A DNA stretch of 63,950 bases, the filler included, from Dirinaria sp. TL-2023a (lineage: Eukaryota): assembly GCA_051941275.1 (NCBI GenBank). It is 4 parts of 4 records of this genome, joined end to end, with 100 filler letters (N's around TTAATTAATTAA, not from the genome) between each part and the next. Parts side by side here need not be neighbours in the genome. Positions count along the whole stretch, not along the records: positions 1 to 16,343 come from JAVEBF010000495.1; 3 more parts are not named here. One strand, written 5' to 3'. Position 1 is the stretch's first letter. Every line of letters starts with the position of its first letter. The notes beneath the pieces were generated by a model. That model worked only from the letters and a program-made list of their open reading frames with translations. It had not been told where the DNA came from and did no database searches. The translations under genes were made by a program, and so were the position numbers. This document shows positions 1-12,300 of this stretch, piece after piece.

Positions 1-345
1 GCCCTGCAACCTCCCCCAGACGTGCAGAAACACACAAGCGAAATGTACTGAAATTAGCAAAACAGCAAATGCCAAGGCTCAGGCGCGCATTGATCCTCCG
101 ACAGTCGCAAGATCCAATCATCAACCACGGAGAAAACAGAGAAACAAGGTCCAATAAGTTTCGGAGACTGATTGTGGAACATTCGGAATGGGATCCCTGA
201 AATCGACCGCCAGACGAAAATGTGGGAAAATGTTGCCAAGCTCCGACACTTATGCCAACCCAGATTCCCTCCGGGAAAGAAGGAATTCTGCTGACGTTGA
301 CCTAATTTCTTGCCCCCGTGGTCGAGAGCCAAGAGGGCGGCGCAT

Positions 346-735
346 TTAGAGGATTTTGCCGGTGCAGATATTGCCGATGTTGATCAGGCCCTCTTGGCTA
401 CCGGTTGTGCAGCATGTGGTGGACTGGCTGGCAGCGCAGGCGCCAGAGCCGTCGGCCAAGACTGATCGGGGTCAGCATCAAATTCCTTGGGAGGAGCATA
501 GAATAGTGCGAAAGAACTTACTTGGGATGGCAGTGCAAGTCAAACCAACGAAGAGATCGATGCCGAGGAGTGCGGAGAGAGGTGCGAGGGCAGAAGATTT
601 CTGGAGCGAGTCGCAGCATTTGGGCGAGAAGTTGTTGGAGCATGTTGGGGGAGGGTTGTTGCGCTCCACCACAAGTGGTGATGCGGTGGCCGCAGCAGCG
701 ACGGAGAGGACAGCGAGGATGGATTTGAACTGCAT
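346..735 (-). CDS. Hydrophobin (class I-like), 109 aa, 2 exons (735-522, 461-346)
   Basis: Signal peptide MQFKSILAVLSVAAAATA. After removing a GTAAGT..CAG intron (521-462) the product has the 8-Cys pattern C-X7-CC-X25-C-X12-C-X7-CC-X14-C and ends ...GNICTGKIL*. Confidence 0.92.
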
Positions 736-3700
736 TTTGATTTGATGGATGGGGGGGGATCTGAAAGATCTGAATTTGGCTGAGAAGAAAAAGATTGGAA
801 GTTGGGTTTGAACTGTAGATTCTTGCTGTATGCTTGAGAGACTGAAGATGAATACAGAGAGTGGGAGGGTGAGGTCCATTATATAGACTTCTGAAGACAC
901 CATACAGTAGGTATGCTCATCCAAATCACCTTCTCGATGCCGATCTCACCCACCCAGGGCATCCCAAGATCCAATAGTCCGTGCATTAGGATCGAACAGC
1001 ATGGAGACACATTGAGCGTCACACGAACAACGCCTGCGAGACTGTGCATCATGGCGGGTAGGTGAATGAAATGACGCCAATACCTCCACCCCTACAATGC
1101 AAGGAGATGATCGGCGTAAATATTTCCATCCTCGGACGTCATTTCAAGATATGCCGTTACATTTCTGTAGAAATGATGGTGTCGTCGCCAGCGGCAAGAA
1201 AAACTCCTCTAGGCCGCTTATACATCAGAAACGACGGGATGTTCCATTGCTAAGGCGATGCCCAAAGGAAGCTATACTCAAAGAGCAAGAAATAGACGAG
1301 AAGCAGCAGCAAAACCACGTTGAATGACGGTGGTGGTGTTTAGGAGGAATGCAAAAGTGGCGATGACTGCATAAGCTCCCAGCCAGCCGCACTGCAAACT
1401 TGCGAAGGTAAACAGCCCCATACGTCAAAAAAGCTCCTATGTATGAAGTATACTCATGGGCCGTGCAGTCCTGCAGCCGAGTACCGTATTCGCTAGTAGT
1501 TGCGTTGGTTACGAACCTCTCAAGTCTCAACAGCAGGCTCAGGGGGCCGAGGCGCGAGCGCGTACTCTGGAGGAAAATCTTTCATGTTGAGCTCGCGCTA
1601 CGTCTGAACCCTGCATCGAAGCTATAATGAGTATGCATGTTAGGTATCTGGCATATAATTTTGCCGCTTGCCAATGAGATACAGGCGCGTTGGATTCGAA
1701 TTTGTTTCATGAGGTGGCAGCGTACATGTATCAGTCAGTTTAACCAGCTCCTCACCTCTCACATCTGCATGATGAACAGATCATGACCAGTCCCAGCAGT
1801 CAGCATGCGATCTCTCATCAAAGAATCCGACTCAGTATCTTGGGCTTAACTGAGACGCATGGTGGCGGTGGAGCAGGCTTGGTGTGCACATCAGCCAAAG
1901 AGGCATGGCACTAGGACCCCCAATTCTAGTTTCACTCCCGCCTCTTTACAAAAATCTAAGTCTGCCGAGATGCCTTGCCAATGATTCGCCTTCGGTTCTT
2001 GACAGGTTCGAAGATCAAGTTGACCAATAATGACGGACGAAGTGTAAGGAGAGTTGCATCTCATTAAGGTTCTGACCATGCAGAATCTCATTTCAAGTCA
2101 GCGCCCTGGTGCGGTGTTAAGCAACGCTACAACCTGTGGTCATCTGAAGGATGGTGGTGAATCAATTCGTGCATATGAAGTTCCAATGACCATTACAGTA
2201 TTGTCAGCATACTTTGCCGAAGTCGCGGTTGATGGGCAAGAGCGACTGCCAGCCACGACGTATGACATTTGAGCCATACAAACCACAATAGTGGAGCGAC
2301 TAGGCCGATGATCATGCAGGTTGGCGGCTCCCTCTTCGTAAGTGTGTGAGACGATCCATTATTACCAGTATTGCCGTTGCCGGATCTCCCACAAATTTTT
2401 GCTCGGCTTCTCAAACTACTCCGCAACAGAGCAAGGACCAGCGAATCATATGACAGTTCACTTTACCCCAGCTGGGCAAGGTGGCGCGATTGAGGATGCT
2501 AGCAGAAGTATGTAATTCTGTATCCTTGGTTGTTTCGCGTGAGGCGACCAGGCTGGTGGGGAAACAGCTTCGTAACCGTTGACGCCACAACGAGCTTTTT
2601 CGAAGTGCAAGATGCAACCAGTGCGACATTATGGCGTGAACATCCTTCCCCAGGATTTCTCCACGACACACGGATGTGCCTCGATACGTTGTCAGGCCGA
2701 AGTCGCACGGCCGCCGATCTCGAAGGTCCCGGCCCGAAGGAAGAACTAGGCTCGGATCAGACAGACAAACCAGCAGCATGGTACGTCCCGTTCCCCTGGC
2801 AAAGTATGATTAAGTAAAAGCTTTACTCTATTGGGGCGGCTTGCAGGTGCTTTTCCAGGAAAACCCGGTACATGGGATATTCGTAAAGTCGACATCCTTG
2901 AGATGAAGCATCTTCTCCCATACACGTATACAGAGAAATTCTGGCGGTTAGGATGCTGAAATGCTGACAATAATGCGTGGATTAGGCTCTTGCATTCATT
3001 CAGCCAAGCTGAATTATGCCTCATCATGATGATACAGGCTAGCCAAAGTTGCAAGCCACGGCGGATTCTGGCGTTGTTTGGTCGCGTGCAAGAGCGGGTA
3101 CGTCCATGCGCGTGCGCTTTACCCCACACATCAGTAGCGGCTGTGGTATGACACAAGGCAAATGCCGTGGCCAATCGATTTCCAAACACTGTTGTGGCTT
3201 TTTTTGCCCTTGTCCAGAAGCAGACAGGGTTATGCATGCATCCCATACACACGCTCCAATGGCTGGAGTTTGGTCTTCCCGCCGCCTATCCACTTTCGGT
3301 CAATGGAATGACTTTCGCTTGGGGTTTCTTGGCTCATTGACTAAACGAGCTTTCGATCTGCAACAGCTGTAGCTAGACAATTCCTGGAGGCACCTCCTGC
3401 TTCGGTGGCGATGCTGAATAGGGGTGAAAGTCAGCGACGACTGTCTCGGCGCACCACCTTTTGGTAATTCCTTCTATCATAGAATCGAGAGCATGCTGTG
3501 ACCCTCGGGATGGTTCGAGGATGGTTCGAGGATGGGTCGAGGGCCAAGGGATCAGAACCAGATTCTGCTGGGCTTGGCTCCATTACGAGCACATTCTGCA
3601 GGACGAGAGGAGGTGCAGAGCAATCGGAGCTGGCGTGACATCTGGTGGAAGCCGAGAACGGTCGCCGAGGAGTGGCAGCTGCTGAGGTGATAGTGTCGAC

Positions 3701-6700
3701 CGTACACATGGATTGATGGCAGTACGAGCAACGAAAAGTGGGCAACATGCCCCTTAGCAGCGCCACGCTTTGCGAATAACGAGGGATTCCCAAATCCAGT
3801 GTCCTCGGGTGGAGCTATCGATCAAGGCCTGGGTCGAGACAATGTGCGACGAGCCTGGACGCACATCGGCTGCTAGGTGCTGTGGGTATGTGGTGTTCCC
3901 TTCAATGCTTCTGCTTCTGCCTTGGAGGACTCATGGATCTTGCTGGTGAATAGCAAGACCGGTTTCAATTGTGTCGACCACCACTCATGGGACTAACATT
4001 TATGTCGTCAATTTGTCCACATTCTCGGAGCAGAAGCTGTCGTCGATGTTCGTCTTACCTGGAAGGTTGGTGCAGAAGCAGGAGCAAAAGTGAGTAGGAA
4101 ATATATATCAATGTGGAGCATGCCCTGATCGGCAGCTGTGACCATACTCGGAGCATCATAAGCAGCAAGAAGTCGTCATCCAGTCTTTAAGTCATTGCAA
4201 TGCGAAAGATAAAAGAGAGTTCTGGCTCCGAGAGTGAGAAGAATCAAGACATGACTGTGTATTTGGACAGCGAGGGAATGAATGAAATGTTTGAACATCC
4301 AATTGTCGGTGATACTCTGACATGTGTCTGGCAGGTCGCTGCTTACAACAATAGAGTAGGACAAAACAGCAAACAATTTTAGGCACAACGATGGCAAGCC
4401 AGAGGGAAAGAGTCTTGCAGGTCCTGCTAGAAAAATGAGAGAAGAGCACTCTAGCGGGAGCGACAAACAGCTTCTTTTATCAGCAAATTCCAACATAACC
4501 ACGGTATCGACTTTACCTAAGCTCTGACGTTCAAAGTCGATAGCCCATCGTTCAGATTGCATACGCGCCCGGCTGTGATCGGACAAAGGAAGCCTCTTTC
4601 GCCTTAAAAAGGCCCTAAGACTTGTCCCTGCGTCGATAGGTCTGGTTATCATTACGCCTCTTGTCGACTGCGTGCCTGTGGCATCTCGCCATCGTTGGCA
4701 AGCACACATGCCATCGAGATCCAGGTGCAATCGTGGTCCGTAAGTCAATCTTGGCTTCGTCATATTCTCCGGAGCATCATTCCAAAACCAAGGAGGCTGT
4801 CCTTGTCAAAATGAAAGGAATCGAGAGTTATTCCGGAAGGTTGAACGGACTTGAATGAATGGAGTGTTCGTTTCCGTTCGATTCCGGGGACTTCAGCTTT
4901 AAATGAATCTGCAATGGAACATCTGACTGTACACCAACATAGTCGGAGCTGTGGGCTTTTGTTATAGGTCGGGTAGTCAAACTTTGAGTGATGACTCCTT
5001 ACGTGGCACGGATTGGCAGCAATTGAGAGCCTTCCAGTCATCTCTGGCTGATCCTCAGGTCGGCCGAAAGACGGCCAAAGCCATGGAGATGCATGGGGAT
5101 GCTCTGATCTCTTAACACGATCTAAAAGCCTATTCGTTAGCATGAAACACATTGCGCTACTGTCAACGGTTATGTCGTGCTTTGGACGTCGATCCTTACC
5201 CTTTAGAGCAGACAGTTTATCGAATCAGAATAAATGTCAGCTTCCTAATCTGGATTTGCTCGCAAATTCAAGGGTCGTCGCTCAGCAGTAGTAACGATAA
5301 TTGAACGGTGACATAGAAGCACACATATTCAAGCGCACCGCAACTACAGGGATCCAACACAGCCTTTTCATCCAACCTTGGAAAGCAAGTCAGCTTTCCA
5401 TAACTGTACCGTCATCGCTCCTTATGAAAATTTTCTTCACCATGCTTGCCTTCTTTGCCCTACATGTTCTCAATTCTATCCTGTATGCCTGCGGATTATA
5501 CGACGTCTGCGTCAAACATTGAATGCCCTTCGCGACGGTGCCGGCTAATTGTTGCTCCACTGGCGTCGTAGTCCAAGGATCAGTTTTCGAGATGGGAAGG
5601 TAGCGCCAGCTTCAATGCACCAAAGCTGAGAGTGAGCGCAGATTGTTTTGCATCGACACATGGCCATGTCTGCAGCGGGGTCGAAAGGCATGTTCGTGTG
5701 AGATAGAGCGTGCTTTCCCAATGCATGGTTACATAGTGCAGCCTTCTGTCCGGCGGCTAAGCTTAATTCAGCCGATGTGAGCCAATCTGACCCCAACGAA
5801 CCATGGTTGACTTGAGGCACTTGATCTCGTCCTGGTTATGACATGCATGACGTGCATCTGCTAGTCCTCGTTCGATGTGCCGAATGTTGCTTGACATTTG
5901 ACAGTACTGGCCTAACCTCTTCCGGCCTTCAGGCCATGCGTTTGCAGGTCCAGCTCTCGATTGTAAGTGTCTCGCTCTGCCGGCTAAGCAACAGCTTGGG
6001 TACAAGAAGGTTCGCGAAATGCTACGCTGCAAGTTATGTCGACGTCATTCATCCTTCATTGCAGGCTCGCAGGCTCGCAGGCTCACGTTGGGGAGCCAAG
6101 CAAAAGCAGTCTGCAGGTCTAATGTAGGACCGACTAGTCGTCAATGTGGGGTTGGATCGATACTAACTGATCATCCTGCTAGAAGCCGAGCCACTCATTC
6201 GCACAGAGCCTACTGTATGCTCGACCTGGGCGGAGATCACAGGTCAGTCCAAGCATGGTCATCACGGAGCAGATTTCAAGATCAAGATCAGACCCAGTAA
6301 TGAGATGAAGTCACCAAAATTGCGAATCCGTATGAGAAATGTAAATAAGAGGATCAAATGGCAGTAAGATGGACGTTCGAGGAAGGCATTCGTCTTACCA
6401 GGCTAGGCTTGAACGGTTTGTTCTTTGCACATATCGAGCGCGACTCATCTGTATGAATACCTTATCCCATCCCGAGGCGGCGGATGAACAACATGCATAT
6501 GTTGGGGAGTGGAATGTCATGGAGGTGCAGCGCAATTATTACACAATACGTAGAATGCCAAGATACAATCACAGGCGTTTGCCATGATGCAAACCTTGAC
6601 TGGTGTAATTTCCATGTGAGGTATCTGAAGGTAGAGGTACTTCAATCTACATATATTCTGGGGAGTAAAGATTTTTGAGGTTTGCGTTAGGGTTGTAAGG

Positions 6701-7160
6701 ATGTTTTATCAGCCTCGCTAGCACCGCGATACGAGGCAAGATACATTACCTAATAAGTATCTTAGATACAGTAAGGTACTTTCTGATGTAATGAGCAACA
6801 GCCAATGAAACCTCAGGCCGCCTTCGAATCTACTTTAGTGTTTGCCTTGGGAAGTAGCGCAAAGTGCTGTCAGTGGCAGCTGTTCTGGCGTATTTGGTGA
6901 TCGACACAGATTGCACAGGGTAGCTGAAGCGTCCTGTATTGCGAGCTGGAAACTGCAATCAATGCCGATCTTGGACAGAAGAATTCTCCCAAACATTATT
7001 CGCTAGTCGTGCATTAGGCCGTATCAATGCCCTGAGATTCTGTAGCTGTGATGTGTGTTGCGTTGATTGGTAATGTAAGGTTCTGTGCCACTCCTTCTAC
7101 GATCCAGGTCAGCGTTTGCAGACCACAGGCAAGCAAAGAGCATGGAAAGGAGGAAGTCTG

Positions 7161-7694
7161 TCAAAGCCGTTTCAACCACTCACCTGCTATCCTTCCCATT
7201 AGAGAAGGTGGGCCTTCGCCAAGGGTTCTCACATATCTCGCGAGAATGGGACCCTGCTGTTCCAGGGTATAATCTCCTAACCCCAGCGCTATGTAATCCG
7301 GGAACTTCACTCCTGTCGTAGCCATGCGTCCCATGGATGCGCCACTGATTCGGTCATAATTGTGGTTAGAATTCCACCTTTCTGGCGCGCTGGGTTTGGA
7401 TTCTGCCGGCGGTCCAACGCAATGCCATGCACGCTCGAACACGTTGAACTGCCGGCCCTGAGATACAGATTGGTAGAAAGAGGCGCGCTGGGGTCTGAAG
7501 CTCCAAACTCCACCGGTGCTGAGAGCGTAGAGATCAAGGGGAACGCAGCATTGCCCGGGGCCGACACCGTGATATTCTTGTGAGATATGGTTTTGCTCGT
7601 CTGCATTGTAGTCGGCAAGCACGACCCAGTCATTGGAGAGGGCGCTCCGTGCAATGCACAAGATTAGGAGTGTTAGCGAAAGCGAGATGGCCAT
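7161..7694 (-). CDS. Small secreted Cys-containing protein, unknown function (3' end may be spliced)
   Basis: 177-aa ATG ORF with signal peptide MAISLSLTLLILCIARSALS and a GVGPGQCCVPLD motif. A possible GTGAGT donor lies near the C-terminus. Confidence 0.55.
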   Translation of the reverse strand: MAISLSLTLLILCIARSALSNDWVVLADYNADEQNHISQEYHGVGPGQCCVPLDLYALSTGGVWSFRPQRASFYQSVSQGRQFNVFERAWHCVGPPAESKPSAPERWNSNHNYDRISGASMGRMATTGVKFPDYIALGLGDYTLEQQGPILARYVRTLGEGPPSLMGRIAGEWLKRL

Positions 7695-9386
7695 CTAATC
7701 GGAATTCTCTGGCCCCTTCAGTCTATTTCCCTTGACATGACAAGCAAAAGGAGCGGGCGGTGTGCCGATTGTCAACTGGAGTCTTTCCCAGGGGACACTC
7801 CCGAATATCAATAGCGTGATCCAAAGTATTGCGCTGCCGGTGTCCTCAAATACCCCACGCGCCAGACAAGGTCGCTACAAAGAATGATTGAGACATTGAC
7901 CAACGCACTCGCTAACGTAGACTTTGCTACTTCTTTCGTTAGCTATAGCTATCCTAACGAAGTCTACCCACGTGAGATTGGCTCGAAGGCACATTTGTTG
8001 TCGCATAGAAAGTTGAAAACGGACTAAAGATACACGTGGCGGCTATGTGATACTTTCCACCCTCGAATAGCTGTTGTCGCCGTTCAAGCGACATTGTAGG
8101 CGCGTAAATGGCTCACCATGCTCGCAAAAACCCCACTGGCAACCCAGTATTCCGCGGGATTCGCGCATGGTCTATACATCATCTAGGGTTTGAACTCTTC
8201 CCGTCCGCCGGATGGATGGTCAGCATGGTGAGCACGTTAAATGCTGTTATGGCAGTATATTTCCAAAGCACGTGCAGGGTGTGCGAGACTGGACTGGATG
8301 ATTGTCCCTTGTCTCATCTTTCTGGACGCTGACAACGACACTTCTGACAACGTTTGAGGTGGATGGAAGCCTGCGTAGATGGCGAAGCTATGGAAAGAAT
8401 TAGCACCATTCTTACTAAAGCCGATAGTAGGAGAGACTGACTCTCGAGAACGAACAAATTTATATGGTACTACTGCGTTCGGAGCCTAGCTTAAAGGACT
8501 AAATTGGTGGGGAATTTCTAGCGGCGAAGGGACATCCGCCACCCCTCGACCCGAGATTGACTACCTACCTTGCCTTACTATTCGTACCCGCCAAGCCTAT
8601 CAAGCCGAAGAAACTATTAGGGTTGTTGAGGTCTATTCGTCAAACGTCAAGCATCAAACATGGGAGAACTGTACACATGAGTGCAGAGTCAGGTTAGGTG
8701 CAGCTATCTTTCATTGAGATATCATGACTAAGAAAAAAAGAAGAAGGAGGAAGAAGATTTAGGATCGCGAGTCAGGCATTCATGCGTGCGTTCGAGGAAT
8801 GATCTCGATGGAAGTTCACTGTCTTATCTACAAATTACACGAGGTCGCGGAAACCATTTTCGTAGAGTTGATAGAATGACGAGTGAGATAGAATGACCAG
8901 TGAACTACTGTACATGTAGTCAACCATTGAAGCGCCGTTGGCAACCGGCAAACCGTTGATGCGAGAGACCTTGGGAAAATGATAACCTCATAACCCTAAA
9001 GTAACCTGGAGGCTTTGAGACGTGGAAATCATGTCTGACCCTTCGACCGACTTCAAGATAGACAGATGACAGCGACTTGGAGAGCTTGGCAAATGCTGCT
9101 TGTTTGCGGCACAGCACTCGCAGTGCGGCTGAAATGTCATCTTGCAGATCGCCACATCCTGGAAATCTCTTCAGGGTCATATTAATAATATCCCAGGATG
9201 TGAGGAATAATCTAATAATGAGGCAACCTTCTCAGGTATGGACATGGGATGTCTGTGGGAGCCTGGGAGGATGAAAATGAACATCGTGATCGATTCTTAA
9301 GAGGAGAGACAGCGTCGCAATGAGCCGGGGGTTCTCGCTCGCTATCACCCTGAATCTTCCGTCCGCGCATCGACCGCGATTCAAGC

Positions 9387-12300
9387 ATGGATGCTAGCAC
9401 CATCGCTGCAGTTGCAGCCCTTGCCGTAGCTTTCGTTGCTCTTCTGGTGGCTTTCGCTCAAGCAGTCCAGCAGTATCTGGTGTCCGGGCAATTGATTCGA
9501 ATATGCGATTCCGTCGTCTACGGCAAAATGCCGGGACAGGGCCACCGTGTGTGGCAGTACTCTCAATTTCGTTTCCGCGTTGTGTACTCGATCCCACAGA
9601 TCAGCTTATCGCGTCAGCTTTGGCTACATTCATCGAGCCGGGGGATCCAGCCGGAAAAAGAGCATCGACTACCGAGGCTTAGCCTATCAAAGTCGAGAGC
9701 CAACCGTTCATCAATAGCGGGTGAAGCTTCTTGGGTTTCTTTTACCAGAACTGTCCAGAATGCGAGTGGAGATTCATTACGCTACGAAATGGTCGAAGGT
9801 GATGCTGATAGATGTCCTACTGATTTACCCGTCGTTCCAATGCAGCTCTCCATGAAAGACGTAGTTGCATTAGCACTCATGGCAGGCATGCAATGTACAG
9901 ATGTATCATTCGAGTCGCAGTCGCTCTCCATGCAAGGCAGCGCTGGGACAATTACGAGCTCACGTCATCCTGTGCTGGGCGCGCTGATCCATTTTGCACC
10001 GAAGCAGCCTTTTGAGACTCATGGCGTACGAACAGACAATGGTAATCTGCACCGTGACTGGATAGTGCGATTGTCTGATACGATCACTGTCGCCGGCTAC
10101 AGGTATGATCGGCGTGGCAGAAGACACTTCGAAGAGGACGAGGGTTCCTGGATTCGGTCATCTAGTGACAAGAGTATTGTGCAGATTGTGGGCGCGGAAA
10201 CGAAACCAGCACACAGCCCATATTATGAAATCAGAAGACGACGGTGGATTTCCAAACAGCAGTCAGACGATTCCCCTGATGAGCATTTGACGGCTGGCCA
10301 AGACCTGGCTATTGGCAGTAATTACACTGAAAACAAACAACATAGCTTTAATGACGATCTACGTCGATCGCAGGATGGAGAATGGTCGTTGGCCACAAGG
10401 GATCTGCAGAGCCAGGAAAGTAAAAGTCATCATGATCAACAAAAGTCAGAGATCCCATGTGCGCAGCCATCACGGGGAGAAGTCTTCCCTCAACCGGCCT
10501 CATACCTACGAAGGAAATTTCGCATGCTGATAAAGTTCCTGGGCTCTGGAAGCTCAAACAGCGTTTTGCCAATATCAGAGCCTAGAGATGACGACGTGCG
10601 AGTCTCGACGTCATATCTTGCACAGGCCCAGAACAATTCGCCGCCGGCGACTGCGAAAGTCGAAAACGCCGGGGCTAAGAGTACCATCAGAATGAGGAAC
10701 AATACTCAATATCACCTCGATAAGCAGGATCTAGGGGATTACATTTCTGAAAAGCGTCGGCTGGAAAATTCCCAACATGGCAGTGACATGATTCCTAAAC
10801 CGGGCTCAAGTCAGCTACTGTTGACGAGCAAGGACCACCACAATGATCCCGACCCAAACTTGTCGGCGATCCGAAACTCACTTGCTCCCCACCAAGGTAA
10901 CTCGAGCGAAAGTCTTCGGACGCAGTACGTCGTCGATAAATGGCAGGAAATATTTAAGAGAAGGCAAAAAGAGCGATCTCGCCGTAGGTCTAGAGTAGGA
11001 CGGAACAGCTCATCCGCTCAAAGCCGAATCAGACAGCGTAGCCGAGACGATTCCTCTTCGACGGCAGATATAATATCCCCTCATGAAGGAGCTCAAACTC
11101 GAGACTGGGCAAATGAAAATCAACGTCGAGTTAGCACGTGGCCACCGTATATGGGAAGGGACCTAGGATATGGCGGTAAATTTTCATTTGCCAGGGAGTT
11201 GAAACTCACCGGCTTGTCAACACAGAAGCGCCAACGTGATGCTGAAACAAGGCTTAGCAGAACTAGCAGTCAAAATTATCTTACCAGTAGCGAGCGTCAA
11301 GAAAGTGAACCATTTAGTGCTTATCATCCCGAAACCATCCGCGCTAGTCACAGGCACCGTGGAAACAGTCCACATGGCCCTAGCTTTGCAACTGCTTCAC
11401 AAGATGAAGGTCCACACTTCCGGAGAGGTCGTCGACGCAACTCTAGTCTCGCAGGGAGGAGGGTCAATTTTCGCTCTTCTGATGGTCCATTTGTCTACGG
11501 TAATGCACCAGTACCAAGTACGTCCGGGGGAACAACTTCCGCACACCACTACCGATCAGTAGATTATAGCGCAAAGCCCCCACAACCACGGAAGGTTCGA
11601 ATGCGGTCGCCATCCAGGTCGCCGATTACTTCTGACGACGAAATACAACGTAAGCGGCTTGAATCTCCAACGAGCAATTCACATAAAGCTGCACCATCGA
11701 AAGGTGTTCTCCGAGAGCCACGCGAAAGGTTCCCTGAAGATCCCAATTTCACTAGAGAAGGCGTGGCACCCGCCAGGCTGGCTCACGGGGAGCGCAGTAT
11801 TCCGGCCGAAGCTCGCTACACGAAAATAGACAGACGCCTTGTTAGTCCCGCAGCCTTAGACATGGGTGATGAGCGTTACGAAGCGACACCAGACCACGTC
11901 ATTGTTCTGCGGGTACTCACAAAAGAAGAGATACAAGTCTACGCAATGGAAACGTCCCAAATTAGAGGTAGGTGGCTCTACTTGACGAGTATCATTTTCT
12001 TGTCAAATTCTGTACACCATGTCATCCATACGACCAGTATGTTACGAAAGTCTGTAGAAGTAGCAGTTGGGCCACTCATCTTCTCGTTTATTTCGTGCCT
12101 TGAGAGGGTAGATACAATGTCGTTTACAGACTTGGTCTCATGCAACAAGTTGGTCATCCTAGGTGATGATCGGCCTGCCAATTTTTCCAGCCATTTTTTG
12201 CGTTGCGCAGCGTCTATTTCCTTGTCCTTCGCTTACCCTCAGCTTTCATTGCTGCTAACTAGATACATGGTGCTAATATATTCGACTTCGTGCAGATCGT

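Noticed and set aside
356..745. Antisense ORFs overlapping real genes (here and over ATG22, MED14, MCU and the chitinase)
   Set aside because: Shadow ORFs on the opposite strand or in alternative frames of well-supported genes.
3431..3793. 120-aa minus-strand ORF with CxxC and a short GGATGGTTCGA tandem repeat
   Set aside because: Non-ATG start, no convincing splice model or recognisable domain.
4840..4900. GTTCGATTCC T-loop-like motif suggesting a tRNA
   Set aside because: No acceptor, D or anticodon stems can be formed around it.
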